Shown piece after piece: positions 7,135 through 17,900 of a DNA stretch of 51,928 nucleotides. Numbering within the stretch: position 1 is the stretch's first letter; the number at the start of each line of letters is the position of its first letter. The notes below the pieces were generated by a model. That model saw only the letters and a list, made by a program, of their open reading frames with translations, did not search any database and was not told the origin of the DNA. The translations under genes were made by a program, and so were the position numbers. The DNA comes from a virus: the UHGV virus genome UHGV-0019417; one strand, 5' to 3'.

Positions 7135-8866
7135 GAAGCAAACAATCCAAAAGGCTTCACTTCTGCAAAAGCGTCTTAGATTTCATACTGAGACAAATAC
7201 AGCTGTGTCTGATATAAATTTGCCTACTTCAAATTTTATTGATTGGGTAAATCATCTTCTTCCAAAAGATAAGTTTAATACATTTTTACATCTCTTTAAA
7301 TTTCCATTACCAACACCTGCTATTGCTGAAGATGTTTATAGAGATTTAGAGCGAGTATTTAATAGCCGTAATAGCTCATCATCATATCAATTCTCAAACG
7401 GAGAAATGTATGATGATTGGCAAAATTATAAACGAGAAAATCTACATGAACCTGAAATTTGGAAAACCGTAGGTTGGAACAAAATGAAAGTTTCTCCAAA
7501 TTCAGTTCTCATTGTAGATTTGCCACAGTCACAAACATCTCTATATCCAGAGCCATATTTTTACTGGCTTGATATAGAAAATGTTATTGACTATGAAACA
7601 TCTGACGGAACAGAACTAAACTGGATTGTTTTTAAGCAACCAGGTAATATGGTAGCTGTTTTCGATGATACATTTATGAGAGTATACCAGTTAAATGAGA
7701 AGAATGAAATTTCAGGTCTTGTCGTTGAATCGGTTCATAACCTGTCATATTGTCCAGCTCGTTTTTTCTGGTCTACTCCCTTAAATGAAAAGTACAGAGA
7801 TATTAAAAAGAATCCAATAACAAAAGAGCTTTCTAATTTCGATTGGTATTTATTCTTTTCAATATCTAAAAAGCATCTTGATTTGTATGCTCCGTACCCT
7901 ATTTATAGTGCATATGCAGCAGATTGTAACTTTGAGAATAATGAAACAGGTGACTACTGTGATGGTGGATTCTTACGAAATAGCAAGGGAGAGTATAAAA
8001 TACTTGCTGATGGTTCCATTGAGAAATGCCCTTGCTGTAGTGAAAAGCGAATAGCTGGTCCTGGTTCATTTCTCGAAGTTCCAATTCCAAGTCAAGCTGA
8101 AGGTGTTGCTGATTTAAGTAATCCAGTAACAATTACAACAATTGATAAAGACTCATTGGATTACAATGTGAATGAGTGTGATAGATTAAAAAATGAAATC
8201 ATATTATCGATTGTTGGTTCTGATGGAAATGTCAGTGAAAAAGAGGCTATCAATGAAACACAAGTTGCAGCTAATTTTGAAAGTAAAACAAGTGTTCTCA
8301 ATTCATTGAAAACTAACTTTGAATCAGCACAAAAATTTGTAGAAGATACAATATGTAGATTAAGATATGGTGAAGCATTTATATCATCATCTATTAACTG
8401 GGGAACAGAATTTTACGTTTATACAGTAAAAGAGTTGTATGATAAAATGAATCAAGCAAAAAGTAATGGAGCTTCTGATGCTGAATTAGATGCAATTACT
8501 CAACAAATTATAGAAGTTGAGTATAAAAATAATCCATTATTAATGCAGCGAATGCTTTTATTAAAGCAGATTGAACCATATCCACATAAGACACAAGACC
8601 AAATTCTTTCTTTGTATGAAAAAGGATTAGCTGATAAGTATAAAATGCTTATTAAACTTAACTTTTCATCATATATTGATAAGTTTGAACGTGAGAACAT
8701 TAACATTATTGCATTTGGAATAAATATTCCAATTAAGCAAAAAATTGAAATTATATACAATAAATTATTAGAATATGCAAAAGCAGATGACTCAATTGCA
8801 AGCTCTCAAGGCACAGAAGGAGCAGCTGGAAGCCAAGAAGGCAGAGCTACTCAAACTGAAGAGTGA
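7052..8866 (+). CDS. putative portal protein
   Basis: 604-aa ORF downstream of the terminase; size and position fit; acidic low-complexity tail; no motif verified. Confidence 0.45.
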   Translation: MKTVIIITTKKMALDLNQIKQILQKPSKKQTIQKASLLQKRLRFHTETNTAVSDINLPTSNFIDWVNHLLPKDKFNTFLHLFKFPLPTPAIAEDVYRDLERVFNSRNSSSSYQFSNGEMYDDWQNYKRENLHEPEIWKTVGWNKMKVSPNSVLIVDLPQSQTSLYPEPYFYWLDIENVIDYETSDGTELNWIVFKQPGNMVAVFDDTFMRVYQLNEKNEISGLVVESVHNLSYCPARFFWSTPLNEKYRDIKKNPITKELSNFDWYLFFSISKKHLDLYAPYPIYSAYAADCNFENNETGDYCDGGFLRNSKGEYKILADGSIEKCPCCSEKRIAGPGSFLEVPIPSQAEGVADLSNPVTITTIDKDSLDYNVNECDRLKNEIILSIVGSDGNVSEKEAINETQVAANFESKTSVLNSLKTNFESAQKFVEDTICRLRYGEAFISSSINWGTEFYVYTVKELYDKMNQAKSNGASDAELDAITQQIIEVEYKNNPLLMQRMLLLKQIEPYPHKTQDQILSLYEKGLADKYKMLIKLNFSSYIDKFERENINIIAFGINIPIKQKIEIIYNKLLEYAKADDSIASSQGTEGAAGSQEGRATQTEE

Positions 8867-9200
8867 TGATAAGCTTACAGATAAGCAGCAAGAATTATTG
8901 AATGAAATTGCTGTTAAGCTTGTTGACCTTGATGAAGAAATCGAAAAAGCTTTAAGTAACGGCAGTAGTTATGAAGTGCCAAAAGGTACAGAGAACCACG
9001 TACATCTAAGTATTGTAAGAGGTAATAGATTCAGTGCAAAAACTGGTAAAGAAGTAAATCCTCCTTATGTACAGATTTTTTCACGAGGTGAATTTGAAGT
9101 ATTCAAGCAAAGCTTTAAAAATCTTGGATATACAGTTGTTTCTGTACTTCATGACCCTACTGGAGAAGCTAGTAGTTTAATTTCTAAAGATGAAGACTAA
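8775..9200 (+). CDS. hypothetical head protein, coiled-coil N-terminus
   Basis: 141-aa ORF; its first about 30 codons overlap the 3' end of the putative portal ORF in the +1 frame. Confidence 0.4.
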   Translation: MQKQMTQLQALKAQKEQLEAKKAELLKLKSDDKLTDKQQELLNEIAVKLVDLDEEIEKALSNGSSYEVPKGTENHVHLSIVRGNRFSAKTGKEVNPPYVQIFSRGEFEVFKQSFKNLGYTVVSVLHDPTGEASSLISKDED

Positions 9201-9218
9201 TAATAAAACCAAAGCTAT

Positions 9219-10160
9219 ATGTTAACAGTAGAAATTCTTAGACAAAATGCAGCTCTTTCTGGTTTGACAGATGAGCAATTTAATACAATTGCCACAATGT
9301 CACAGAATGATGAAAATACAGTAATCGGTACAAAAATTGGAGCATTGCATGGTGCATATGATGCTGATATTTTAAAAATTACTGGTATTACAAAAAATAA
9401 CGGTGAAAAGAGTTATGATTATGCTAAGCGTGTTCTTAACAATTATAAGGCACAGCTTGGTTCAGTTGATACATTAAAATCTCAGATCGAAACACAAAAA
9501 ACTGAGATTACTAGTTTGAAAGAAAAGCTTGCTAGTAATTCAACTGATGAAACTCTTAAGCAACAACTTTCTGATGCACAGAATAGAGTATCTGAATTGC
9601 AAAAACAGCTGAAAACAAAAGAGACTGAATTTCAAAATTCTAATGAAGCACATAAAAAAGAAGTAAAAGATATCCAAGTAAATTATGCCTTTGCCAATGC
9701 TACTTCTGGTTTGAAATTCAAAGCAGGTATTTCAGATGAGCTACAAAAAGTTTTACTTAATGCAGCTAAAACAGAAATTTTAGCAAAAGGGACACCCGAT
9801 TTTATAGATAATAATGGAACAAAAGTTCTTGTTTATCGTGATACAAATGGCAACATTCTTAACAATCCAGCAAACAGCTTAAATCCTTATACTACAAAAG
9901 AACTGCTTATGCAAACTTCGATTAAGGATGCTATTGATACTGGCATACAGCAAAATGGTAGTGGAACAAAAAATATTACTGGCAATAAAAACAATAATAG
10001 CCCTTTAGACTTATCATCTGCAAAAACACAAATTGAAGCTGATAAATCTATTGAAAGTTATTTGCTTTCACAAGGTATTACAAGAGATTCAGAGCAATTC
10101 TCAGAGCAATCATTACAATTAAGAAATGATAATAATGTTGCTCAATTGCCTATTAGATAA
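9219..10160 (+). CDS. putative scaffolding protein
   Basis: 313 aa, central coiled-coil-like Q/K/E-rich region, directly upstream of the putative capsid gene. Confidence 0.35.
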   Translation: MLTVEILRQNAALSGLTDEQFNTIATMSQNDENTVIGTKIGALHGAYDADILKITGITKNNGEKSYDYAKRVLNNYKAQLGSVDTLKSQIETQKTEITSLKEKLASNSTDETLKQQLSDAQNRVSELQKQLKTKETEFQNSNEAHKKEVKDIQVNYAFANATSGLKFKAGISDELQKVLLNAAKTEILAKGTPDFIDNNGTKVLVYRDTNGNILNNPANSLNPYTTKELLMQTSIKDAIDTGIQQNGSGTKNITGNKNNNSPLDLSSAKTQIEADKSIESYLLSQGITRDSEQFSEQSLQLRNDNNVAQLPIR

Positions 10161-10239
10161 AAATCCATGATGCCAAGATGTAAATGGGTAATGCATAAAG
10201 TGGCACCTTATTTAATAACACAACTTAAATTTTTAAATT

Positions 10240-11331
10240 ATGAGCTTAGTTTTAACTCGTATTCAAAACATTCGCGCTAATTCGAATCTTGATAGGTTTG
10301 AATACCGCCCGAGTCGGTATGGTGCACTTGATTGTTTTATGGAACAGTCTAATGACCCTACTGGCATTCTTACTCCTGAGATTAAAGAAAAAGCACGTGC
10401 TTCAATCGGTAATATCCTTGAAACACCTGTAATTGATTATGATGGAGCTATTAACATAGGTAATACTCGTGAATTAGTTATTGCTGATAGTGAGAATACT
10501 TCAAAGATGGTAACTATCAACTTTGCAACTTATGCATTTGGTTTTACTGTTACTCCTGCAATGTACATGAATAATGAAATCGGTATGCAGCGTGACTTTG
10601 AAACAAAGTTGATGAAGTATGTATATAAACTTGGTCAAAAGCTTGATACTGATGCATTAGCAGCAATTGCTGCAGCAAAAACAGCTGTTATCAATAATTC
10701 ATTGCTGTATGATAAAGCAGGTAATACTATCAATGCTAAGTGGTCAGAACGTGAAAATGTGCTTGGTGATTTAAATGTAATCATGGGCGCAAATGACTTT
10801 TATGGTCAGATTCACTTGATTGGTGATGCAGGCCTTGAAAGTATTGTAAAGAAGCTTGCTCAAAAGGATATTTATAACTCAGTAAATAAGCGAAATGAGT
10901 ATGGTGATAAGATTTTCCACTTCACAAATCATATTGCTGCAGCTGAGAATAAATATGCTCAAGGCTATGCTGTAATGGGTGGTTCACTCGGCATGCTCAC
11001 AAGATTTGAGCGTGACTGCTTGCTTGGTACTGTATCAGGTGATGGTCATGAATGGGGTATTGCAACTTTGCCACTACTTAATTTACCTTGTGGTACTTAC
11101 TTCTATGATAGCGTTGGTAACTATTCGGCTATTGCAGGTGATGCAACTGCTGATATGACACGTACTCGTAAGGAGCATTATGGTTTTGCTGTTGACATTG
11201 CGTTTGTAACTGCCTATAATAGTAAGCCTTCTGGAGTTGGTGCACTGCCCAGTCCTATCCTTGGATTTAATATTTCAAGTGAAGATGCTTCATATGCTAA
11301 GCCTGTATTTGTTGTAAATCAGAAGCCATAG
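10240..11331 (+). CDS. putative major capsid protein
   Basis: 363 aa; locally elevated GC and codon bias; followed by a strong intrinsic terminator, the usual major-capsid context. Confidence 0.45.
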   Translation: MSLVLTRIQNIRANSNLDRFEYRPSRYGALDCFMEQSNDPTGILTPEIKEKARASIGNILETPVIDYDGAINIGNTRELVIADSENTSKMVTINFATYAFGFTVTPAMYMNNEIGMQRDFETKLMKYVYKLGQKLDTDALAAIAAAKTAVINNSLLYDKAGNTINAKWSERENVLGDLNVIMGANDFYGQIHLIGDAGLESIVKKLAQKDIYNSVNKRNEYGDKIFHFTNHIAAAENKYAQGYAVMGGSLGMLTRFERDCLLGTVSGDGHEWGIATLPLLNLPCGTYFYDSVGNYSAIAGDATADMTRTRKEHYGFAVDIAFVTAYNSKPSGVGALPSPILGFNISSEDASYAKPVFVVNQKP

Positions 11332-11406
11332 ACTAAATTAGACTTAGGTAATTAAATGTATTGTAAATTCTAATAACATAATTCTTCTCTGTTATTAGCT
11401 TTGGGA

Positions 11407-11456
11407 CTGAGTGAGGTTTTAAGGTAAAGTGTTACTTTAAACTCACTCAGTTTTTA
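11407..11456 (+). terminator. rho-independent terminator after the capsid gene
   Basis: CTGAGTGAG ... CTCACTCAG 9-bp stem followed by TTTTT. Confidence 0.75.
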
Positions 11457-11472
11457 ATTTAAAATTTAAGTT

Positions 11473-12774
11473 ATGTTAAGAATACAAGAACTACAAAACA
11501 AGTTGCTTCATTTAATTGGATGGGAGCAATACTATAACACATCCGAATTATCTATATCTGATAATTTGACAAAAAGTGAAAGTGGTATATACTTTCAACA
11601 TATACATCCATTGCTTACATTAGATAATATTTCAAGTATTGCACCTGATTTTAGAAATGTAAGCTATGATGAATACAGCAGTGAAATTAACTATAAAAAA
11701 GGTAACATTGTAAAGTACAATGATAATATATATAAAGCTTTACAAGATAACATCAATGTAGAACCGAATGATATAGATAACTGGGTTTTAACAAATCCAT
11801 TTTCAGAATGGCTTGAACAAAAAACAAAAGCGAGCATTACAAAAGCTATTACTCGATTTTTGAATGAAAAATTGGGCAATGGAGCAACAAAAGATTTGGT
11901 TGAAAATAAAGTATTGTTTGATGGAACAGGCCGTATAGTTGATACAATTAAAAATAAAAATAATCTTGTAGGATTTGAAGTTATACCTGTTAGAGCTAAA
12001 GGAGTAGTTACAAAAATAAATAAAATAGGATTACAATTTACTGAGCCAGGTGAATATACAATATATATCATGCATTCAAGTAGTATGATTCCTATGTATA
12101 CATTAAAACTGACAAAACTAAAAAAGAATACATTTGAATGGTTTAATGTAGATGATATCTATTTAAACTATGAAAACAGCTCTGAATCTGGTGGTAGTTG
12201 GTATATATGCTATAAACAGTCAGAAATTCCAAAAGGAAGTCAAGCTATACAAAAAAATTATGATTGGTCTAAAGGACCTTGCAAAGATTGCTCAAGACTT
12301 AATATGATTTTATGGAAAGCTTGGTCTAAATATATAGAAATACATCCATTTTACACAAATGAAGAATTAATTCCAGAAAGTGATGATACGATAAATTTAT
12401 GGGATATTGAAGATAATCAATATACTTATGATACGAATTATGGATTAAACCTTGATATAAGTATAAGCTGTGATTTAACAGATTTTATTATAAATAATAA
12501 ATATGTATTTCAAGATGTAATAGCTAAACAACTAGCAGTTGATATGCTTAGAGAATTTGCTTATAACTCTAATGTAAGAACAAATAGGCATGCTATCAAT
12601 GCTGCTCGTGTTGATATACTATATGAAATTGATGGAGATTCATCATCTATGAAAAAATCAGGTTTAAGTTATCAATTAGATAATGCTTTTAAAGCATTAA
12701 ATATAAGTACAGAAGGTATTGATAGAGTATGCTTGCCTTGTGTAAACAATGGAATAAAATATAGAACTATATAA
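11473..12774 (+). CDS. hypothetical structural protein
   Basis: 433-aa ORF, first gene of the tail-side operon. Confidence 0.45.
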   Translation: MLRIQELQNKLLHLIGWEQYYNTSELSISDNLTKSESGIYFQHIHPLLTLDNISSIAPDFRNVSYDEYSSEINYKKGNIVKYNDNIYKALQDNINVEPNDIDNWVLTNPFSEWLEQKTKASITKAITRFLNEKLGNGATKDLVENKVLFDGTGRIVDTIKNKNNLVGFEVIPVRAKGVVTKINKIGLQFTEPGEYTIYIMHSSSMIPMYTLKLTKLKKNTFEWFNVDDIYLNYENSSESGGSWYICYKQSEIPKGSQAIQKNYDWSKGPCKDCSRLNMILWKAWSKYIEIHPFYTNEELIPESDDTINLWDIEDNQYTYDTNYGLNLDISISCDLTDFIINNKYVFQDVIAKQLAVDMLREFAYNSNVRTNRHAINAARVDILYEIDGDSSSMKKSGLSYQLDNAFKALNISTEGIDRVCLPCVNNGIKYRTI

Positions 12775-12778
12775 AAAA

Positions 12779-13246
12779 ATGCCTCAACAATATTTCAATG
12801 CTTCTTTTAAAAATTTAGCTTACAGATTACGTAAGTTTAAAGATATATTAAAAGAAGAGCTTCAACAAATAATTTTAAATCATGAGCATGAAATACTCAG
12901 CATGATTGCTGAAGACCAAATGTATAATAGAGGTATAACTGGTAAAAATACAGAAATTACACCTGGATATAAAATATCAACAATAAAAAGAAAAAAGAAA
13001 AAAGGGCAAAGAACAGACCATGTTACTTTAAAAGACACTGGATTATTTTATAATAAAATGTATGTTGAGTATGATGAAAATGGATTTTTTATTACATCTG
13101 ACACTCAATATACACAATATCTTATTAAAAAATATGGTTCAGCTATATTCAGATTAACAAATGAAAATTTAAACATCATTATTAAAGAATATATAAGACC
13201 AGATTTACAACAAAAATTAACAACTTTATTATCTTCTAATGATTGA
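12779..13246 (+). CDS. hypothetical structural protein
   Basis: 155-aa ORF, tightly packed. Confidence 0.4.
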   Translation: MPQQYFNASFKNLAYRLRKFKDILKEELQQIILNHEHEILSMIAEDQMYNRGITGKNTEITPGYKISTIKRKKKKGQRTDHVTLKDTGLFYNKMYVEYDENGFFITSDTQYTQYLIKKYGSAIFRLTNENLNIIIKEYIRPDLQQKLTTLLSSND

Positions 13247-13874
13247 TAAAAAATTTAAAATAGAGTTTAAAAAAGAACCTGTATTACTTGATAAGATTAT
13301 ACAAGATTTACAGAAAAGCCTAAAAGCCAAATTGCCTTGGCTAGATACAGCTTTCGGTAGAGCTTATAAATTAGTAGAGCACGGTTTAGAAGGAGATAAG
13401 TTTGTATATCCTGCTGCATATTTAAATAATGCAGAATATATATCATTATTACCAAATGATAATTACGGCAATTTTTCTTGGTTTGATATTTATGACCCGC
13501 AGGAGATTACAACTTTAATGCAATCATTACCACAGTTTAGTTTTTCTGGAGCTATTGTTTTCTGGTATGATTTATCATCTATTTATTCTGATTCACAGTT
13601 TATATATTCAGAAGAAATTAAGAATGAAGTAGTATCAGTTTTAACTACACCAGGAATAATTACATCATCAGGTAGATTAGAAATATCAAAAATTTATGAA
13701 AGATTCGAAAACATATATAAAGGATATTCATTAGAAAAAATATATAATAGTAATTTGTATAAAGGACAAAATATACAATCTATTGACAAACAGTTTTTTA
13801 TGTACCCATATTCTGGTTTAAGAATTGAATTTAAAATAACAACAAGAGAACTATGCCAACGCTATATCAAATAA
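13239..13874 (+). CDS. hypothetical structural protein (possible major tail protein by position)
   Basis: 211-aa ORF, overlaps neighbours by a few nt. Confidence 0.35.
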   Translation: MIDKKFKIEFKKEPVLLDKIIQDLQKSLKAKLPWLDTAFGRAYKLVEHGLEGDKFVYPAAYLNNAEYISLLPNDNYGNFSWFDIYDPQEITTLMQSLPQFSFSGAIVFWYDLSSIYSDSQFIYSEEIKNEVVSVLTTPGIITSSGRLEISKIYERFENIYKGYSLEKIYNSNLYKGQNIQSIDKQFFMYPYSGLRIEFKITTRELCQRYIK

Positions 13875-14131
13875 TTTTAATCTCACTGTTAACTGCTTTT
13901 TTAATTTTATATAGTAATAAAACAGGAATAAGATATAAAATACGTGATTATTTAGATTTACATTATAACAATAAATTTACAAATCTAGTTAGTCGAATGC
14001 TTGATTGTGATTTTTGTTTAAGCTTTTGGTTAAATCTAATAATTGTTATAATTGCTGTAATAATGCTGCAAAATCCAAGATTATTTTTTATTCCTATTTT
14101 TTCAACGCCAATAACTAGAATGCTAATATGA
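13853..14131 (+). CDS. small membrane protein
   Basis: 92 aa with two hydrophobic helices. Confidence 0.35.
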   Translation: MPTLYQIILISLLTAFLILYSNKTGIRYKIRDYLDLHYNNKFTNLVSRMLDCDFCLSFWLNLIIVIIAVIMLQNPRLFFIPIFSTPITRMLI

Positions 14132-14898
14132 AAACATTATATATAAATAATCATGAAATCAAAGTATATGATAGTATAGATGAGTTACCTATTATAAATT
14201 TTCAAAAGTATAATAAATATGTTTTAATAGATTCAGGATTAGGCTCTGATATTGATTCAGTTAATTCTCATATAGCTAATCTTATAGCTTTGTTAAATTC
14301 TGATTTGAAAAAAGCTCAACAGCAACTACAAAATTTACAGCAAAGTCTCTATTTATTAGTATCTGAAATATCACCAAAAAATCTAGCTTTTGCTGCTTTA
14401 ATTCATAGCTTCGATGGCGAAATTGTATCAGATATGTCAGATGAGAACTTGAAACGTATTTTATCATTGATAAATACTGAAAAACAATCAAGTATAGATA
14501 ATATGTTTTCAGAAATTAAAAAAAAACTCTCATCAGAGTTGGAAATCTATTTTCCAAAAGAGTTTTATAATGTTCGCGAAAAAGAGGTTTATGATTTGTT
14601 AAAAAAGCGTACGCTGTTAATTTTAAAAAGCATTATAGAAGATACAGATTATGATGATGAAATAATAGGCATTGATAAAATATTTTTTGATAAGCAAAAA
14701 ATAAATAGCTATAATGGCTCTATGTCAATTGAAGTTTTGAGTGATAAACAGTTTGAAACATCATGTTTATATATAAGCCAAAAATCAAATATAAATGCAA
14801 AAAAGCTTAATGTTTTAGAATATTATGCCGCTTTACATAATTTAAATGAACAAGCAGAAGCTGAAATGAAAGCTTACAGTAGAATCAAAAAACATTAA
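14128..14898 (+). CDS. hypothetical protein immediately upstream of the tape measure (chaperone position)
   Basis: 256-aa ORF; ATGA overlap with the previous ORF. Confidence 0.4.
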   Translation: MKTLYINNHEIKVYDSIDELPIINFQKYNKYVLIDSGLGSDIDSVNSHIANLIALLNSDLKKAQQQLQNLQQSLYLLVSEISPKNLAFAALIHSFDGEIVSDMSDENLKRILSLINTEKQSSIDNMFSEIKKKLSSELEIYFPKEFYNVREKEVYDLLKKRTLLILKSIIEDTDYDDEIIGIDKIFFDKQKINSYNGSMSIEVLSDKQFETSCLYISQKSNINAKKLNVLEYYAALHNLNEQAEAEMKAYSRIKKH

Positions 14899-14903
14899 AA
14901 AAT

Positions 14904-17900
14904 ATGGCTGACGAAGGAAAAATAAAATATAGTGATTTAATACAAGATGATGGTACTTTTGATAAATTGCTTACTTCTATTGAAAATATAAATAAAAGTA
15001 TGCTATCAATGAAAAGTACTATACAATCTATTGCTTCTGATATAGCAAAGAATTTTGGTACTATGACAACGTCTATGTCGCAGTCAAAAGAGGCTATTGA
15101 AAAAGCAACAATTTCTGCTTCCAATTTATCAAATGCCAATAAAGCATTAAATGAAGCACTCTCAAAATCAAATTCTACTTTTAATAATCTAAAAGCAAAA
15201 ATCAGTGATATAAATAGTTTATCTGATAATCAAAAAACTATAATATCATCAATTACTAGTAAATATAATGAAGCAAATGCTTCATTGACTAAATATATAG
15301 AAGATTATAGAAATTTAAGTGAAGCAGAACGTAATGAAGCTGGTGTAGGTAAAGCTATTTTAAATACTATAAATAATTTAAAATCTCAAATATCTCAACT
15401 GACTAGTCAAATGAAAACAGAAGTCAGCCAGATTACTGCTTTGCAAGCTGCACAACAAAAATTAAATTTCTTACGAAGCGAAGAAGGTCAAAAGTTACTT
15501 GCTGTTCGTAAAGAAATTAGTAATATCGTTAGTGGGCGTAGTTCAGAAACACAAAAAGTTGATGCTTTAACTGCTGCACAACAAAAATTGCAACAGGCTC
15601 AAAGCCAAGAATATCAAGAAATACAAAAGCTCAATCAACAAATTAAACAGGCTCAAAAAGAACAGAAATTATTAGCTACTATCAATTCAAGTGCTGAAGG
15701 TTCTTATACTAGACTTGCAGCGCAGTATGAGCTTAATAAAATTAAGCTTAATGCTATGTCAGCTGCTGAGCGCCAGAGTACTGAATCTGGTAAGGCTCTT
15801 GAAGCAGAAACAAAAAATATTTACAAGCAAATGATTGTGTTACAGGAAGCTACTGGTAATCATAGGCTTTCTGTAGGTAATTATGCCAGAACATGGAATG
15901 GACTTGGAAATGCAATGAACCAAGTTATTCGTGAAATGCCTTCAATGGCAGTAAGCATGAATACATTTTTCCTTGCTATTTCAAATAACTTACCTATTCT
16001 TGTTGATGAAATACAGAATTTAAAAGAAAAGAACAAAGCTCTCATTGCTCAAGGTAAACCTGCTCAGTCAGTTATGAAAACAATACTTAAAAGTATTTTT
16101 AGTTGGCAAACTGCAATGATTATAGGTATTACTATTTTGTCTGCTCATGGTAAAGAAATCATTAATTGGATTAGTCATATAGGCGATGCTGCTACAGAAG
16201 CTGGACGTATGTCTATTGCAATGGAGAATGTCAATGAAAAATTAAAAGATACAGATGGTGGATATGCACAAAATATAATTAAGCTAAAAGAATTATCACG
16301 TAAATGGAGTGAACTTCGTACTAATAAAGAAAAAAATCAATTTATTAGAGATAATGCTAATGAATTTAAGAATTTAGGAGTTGAGGTTAAAAATGTAGAA
16401 CAAGCAGAAAACATTTTAGTTAAAAATACTGGAATAGTAATAAAAGCTATGGAATTAAGAGCTAAAGCAGCAGCTGCTACTGCTTTAGCTCAAGAAGAAT
16501 ATAAAAAATCATTAGCAACACAAGCTGAATTTGATTTAATAGCCGATGACAAAAAGAAAGGTGGTCAAGGTGGTCAAGAAACACTTTGGCAACAAATCAA
16601 AGGTACTTTTAAAGCATTATTCCAAGGTGATGTTAAAAAGTTTTTAAAAGTATCAAAATATTCAAAATATGCAACTGGAAATAAAAATGCAACTGGCATA
16701 TATGCAACTAGTTTATTAACAGAAATTGCTGACCAGCGTGAATATGCAAATAGATATTTTGAAATTGCTGAAAAACTTGAAAAACAAGCTGCTGATTTAT
16801 TAAAAGGAATAGGAGCTGATTATCATAAAGACCCAAAGAAAACACCAAAAGGTAGAACCCCAACTGACCTTACAGATACTATTAACAAAAATGATATTGA
16901 TATACGAAAAAAATATGAGCAGAGTATAACTGCTATTACACAAAATGAATATCAAAAGCGTAGGCAAGAAATAGCTACTAATCTTACAGCAGAAATTGGA
17001 GCACTAAAAGAAAAATATCGTAAAAATGAAGAATATGTAAAGAATGTTGGAAAAAAATATAAAGCTTTAACAGCAGAGCAAAAAAAACAAATTGAAAATC
17101 AACAACAACTTATTAAAAAAACAATTGCTAATAATTTAAAGCAGTTATCAATTGAAACTGCTAAAATCAATGCTGAGCAAAAAGCAAATAATATAGCTTT
17201 GCAACGAGAGTTTTTACGTAATTTTCAATATAAAACATCAGTTAGATATGATAATACAGATTATTCAAATTTAAGTGAGCACCCTGATAAATATAATCTA
17301 AATCCAACAGATACATTTGCGTCAAATGAAAAAAACAAAAAAACATTTGATGAAAGGCTGCAGCTTATAAAAGATTCTTTAGGTGATGAACTTAAAACTT
17401 TACAAGATGCTCTTGATGCAGAAGAACAACTTGAATTAGATTTTCATAGACAACAGCAGCAGCAAGGTATTGATGATGGTAATACAGAATTAGATATCCA
17501 AGCAAAATACCAAAAAGAACGTACAGCACTAATTACTAAATATAACCAAATAATATTTAATCTTGATAAGAAAAATATTGATGCCTCACTTGAATTAACG
17601 AGAAAAGGTACAGATGAGCAGTTACGATTACAGTTAGAGCAAAATAAACTTGCTGAAAGTCTAGAGTTGTCTGCTAATAGAGCTCTCCCAGCTGAACAGC
17701 AAGTTGATGATGAAAAAATTAAAAAGAAGTATAAGAAAAATGAAGTCGTCATCAGAGCTAAATTTAATTTGTCTGGCTTTGAACAATTTCAAGAATTTGA
17801 AAAAAATTATTTTAATTTAGCTCAACACACCTCAATTGAAATTGAACGCTTTGAATTACAGCAAGAAAAAGATAGATGGGAACGTCAAATACAGCTTGCT

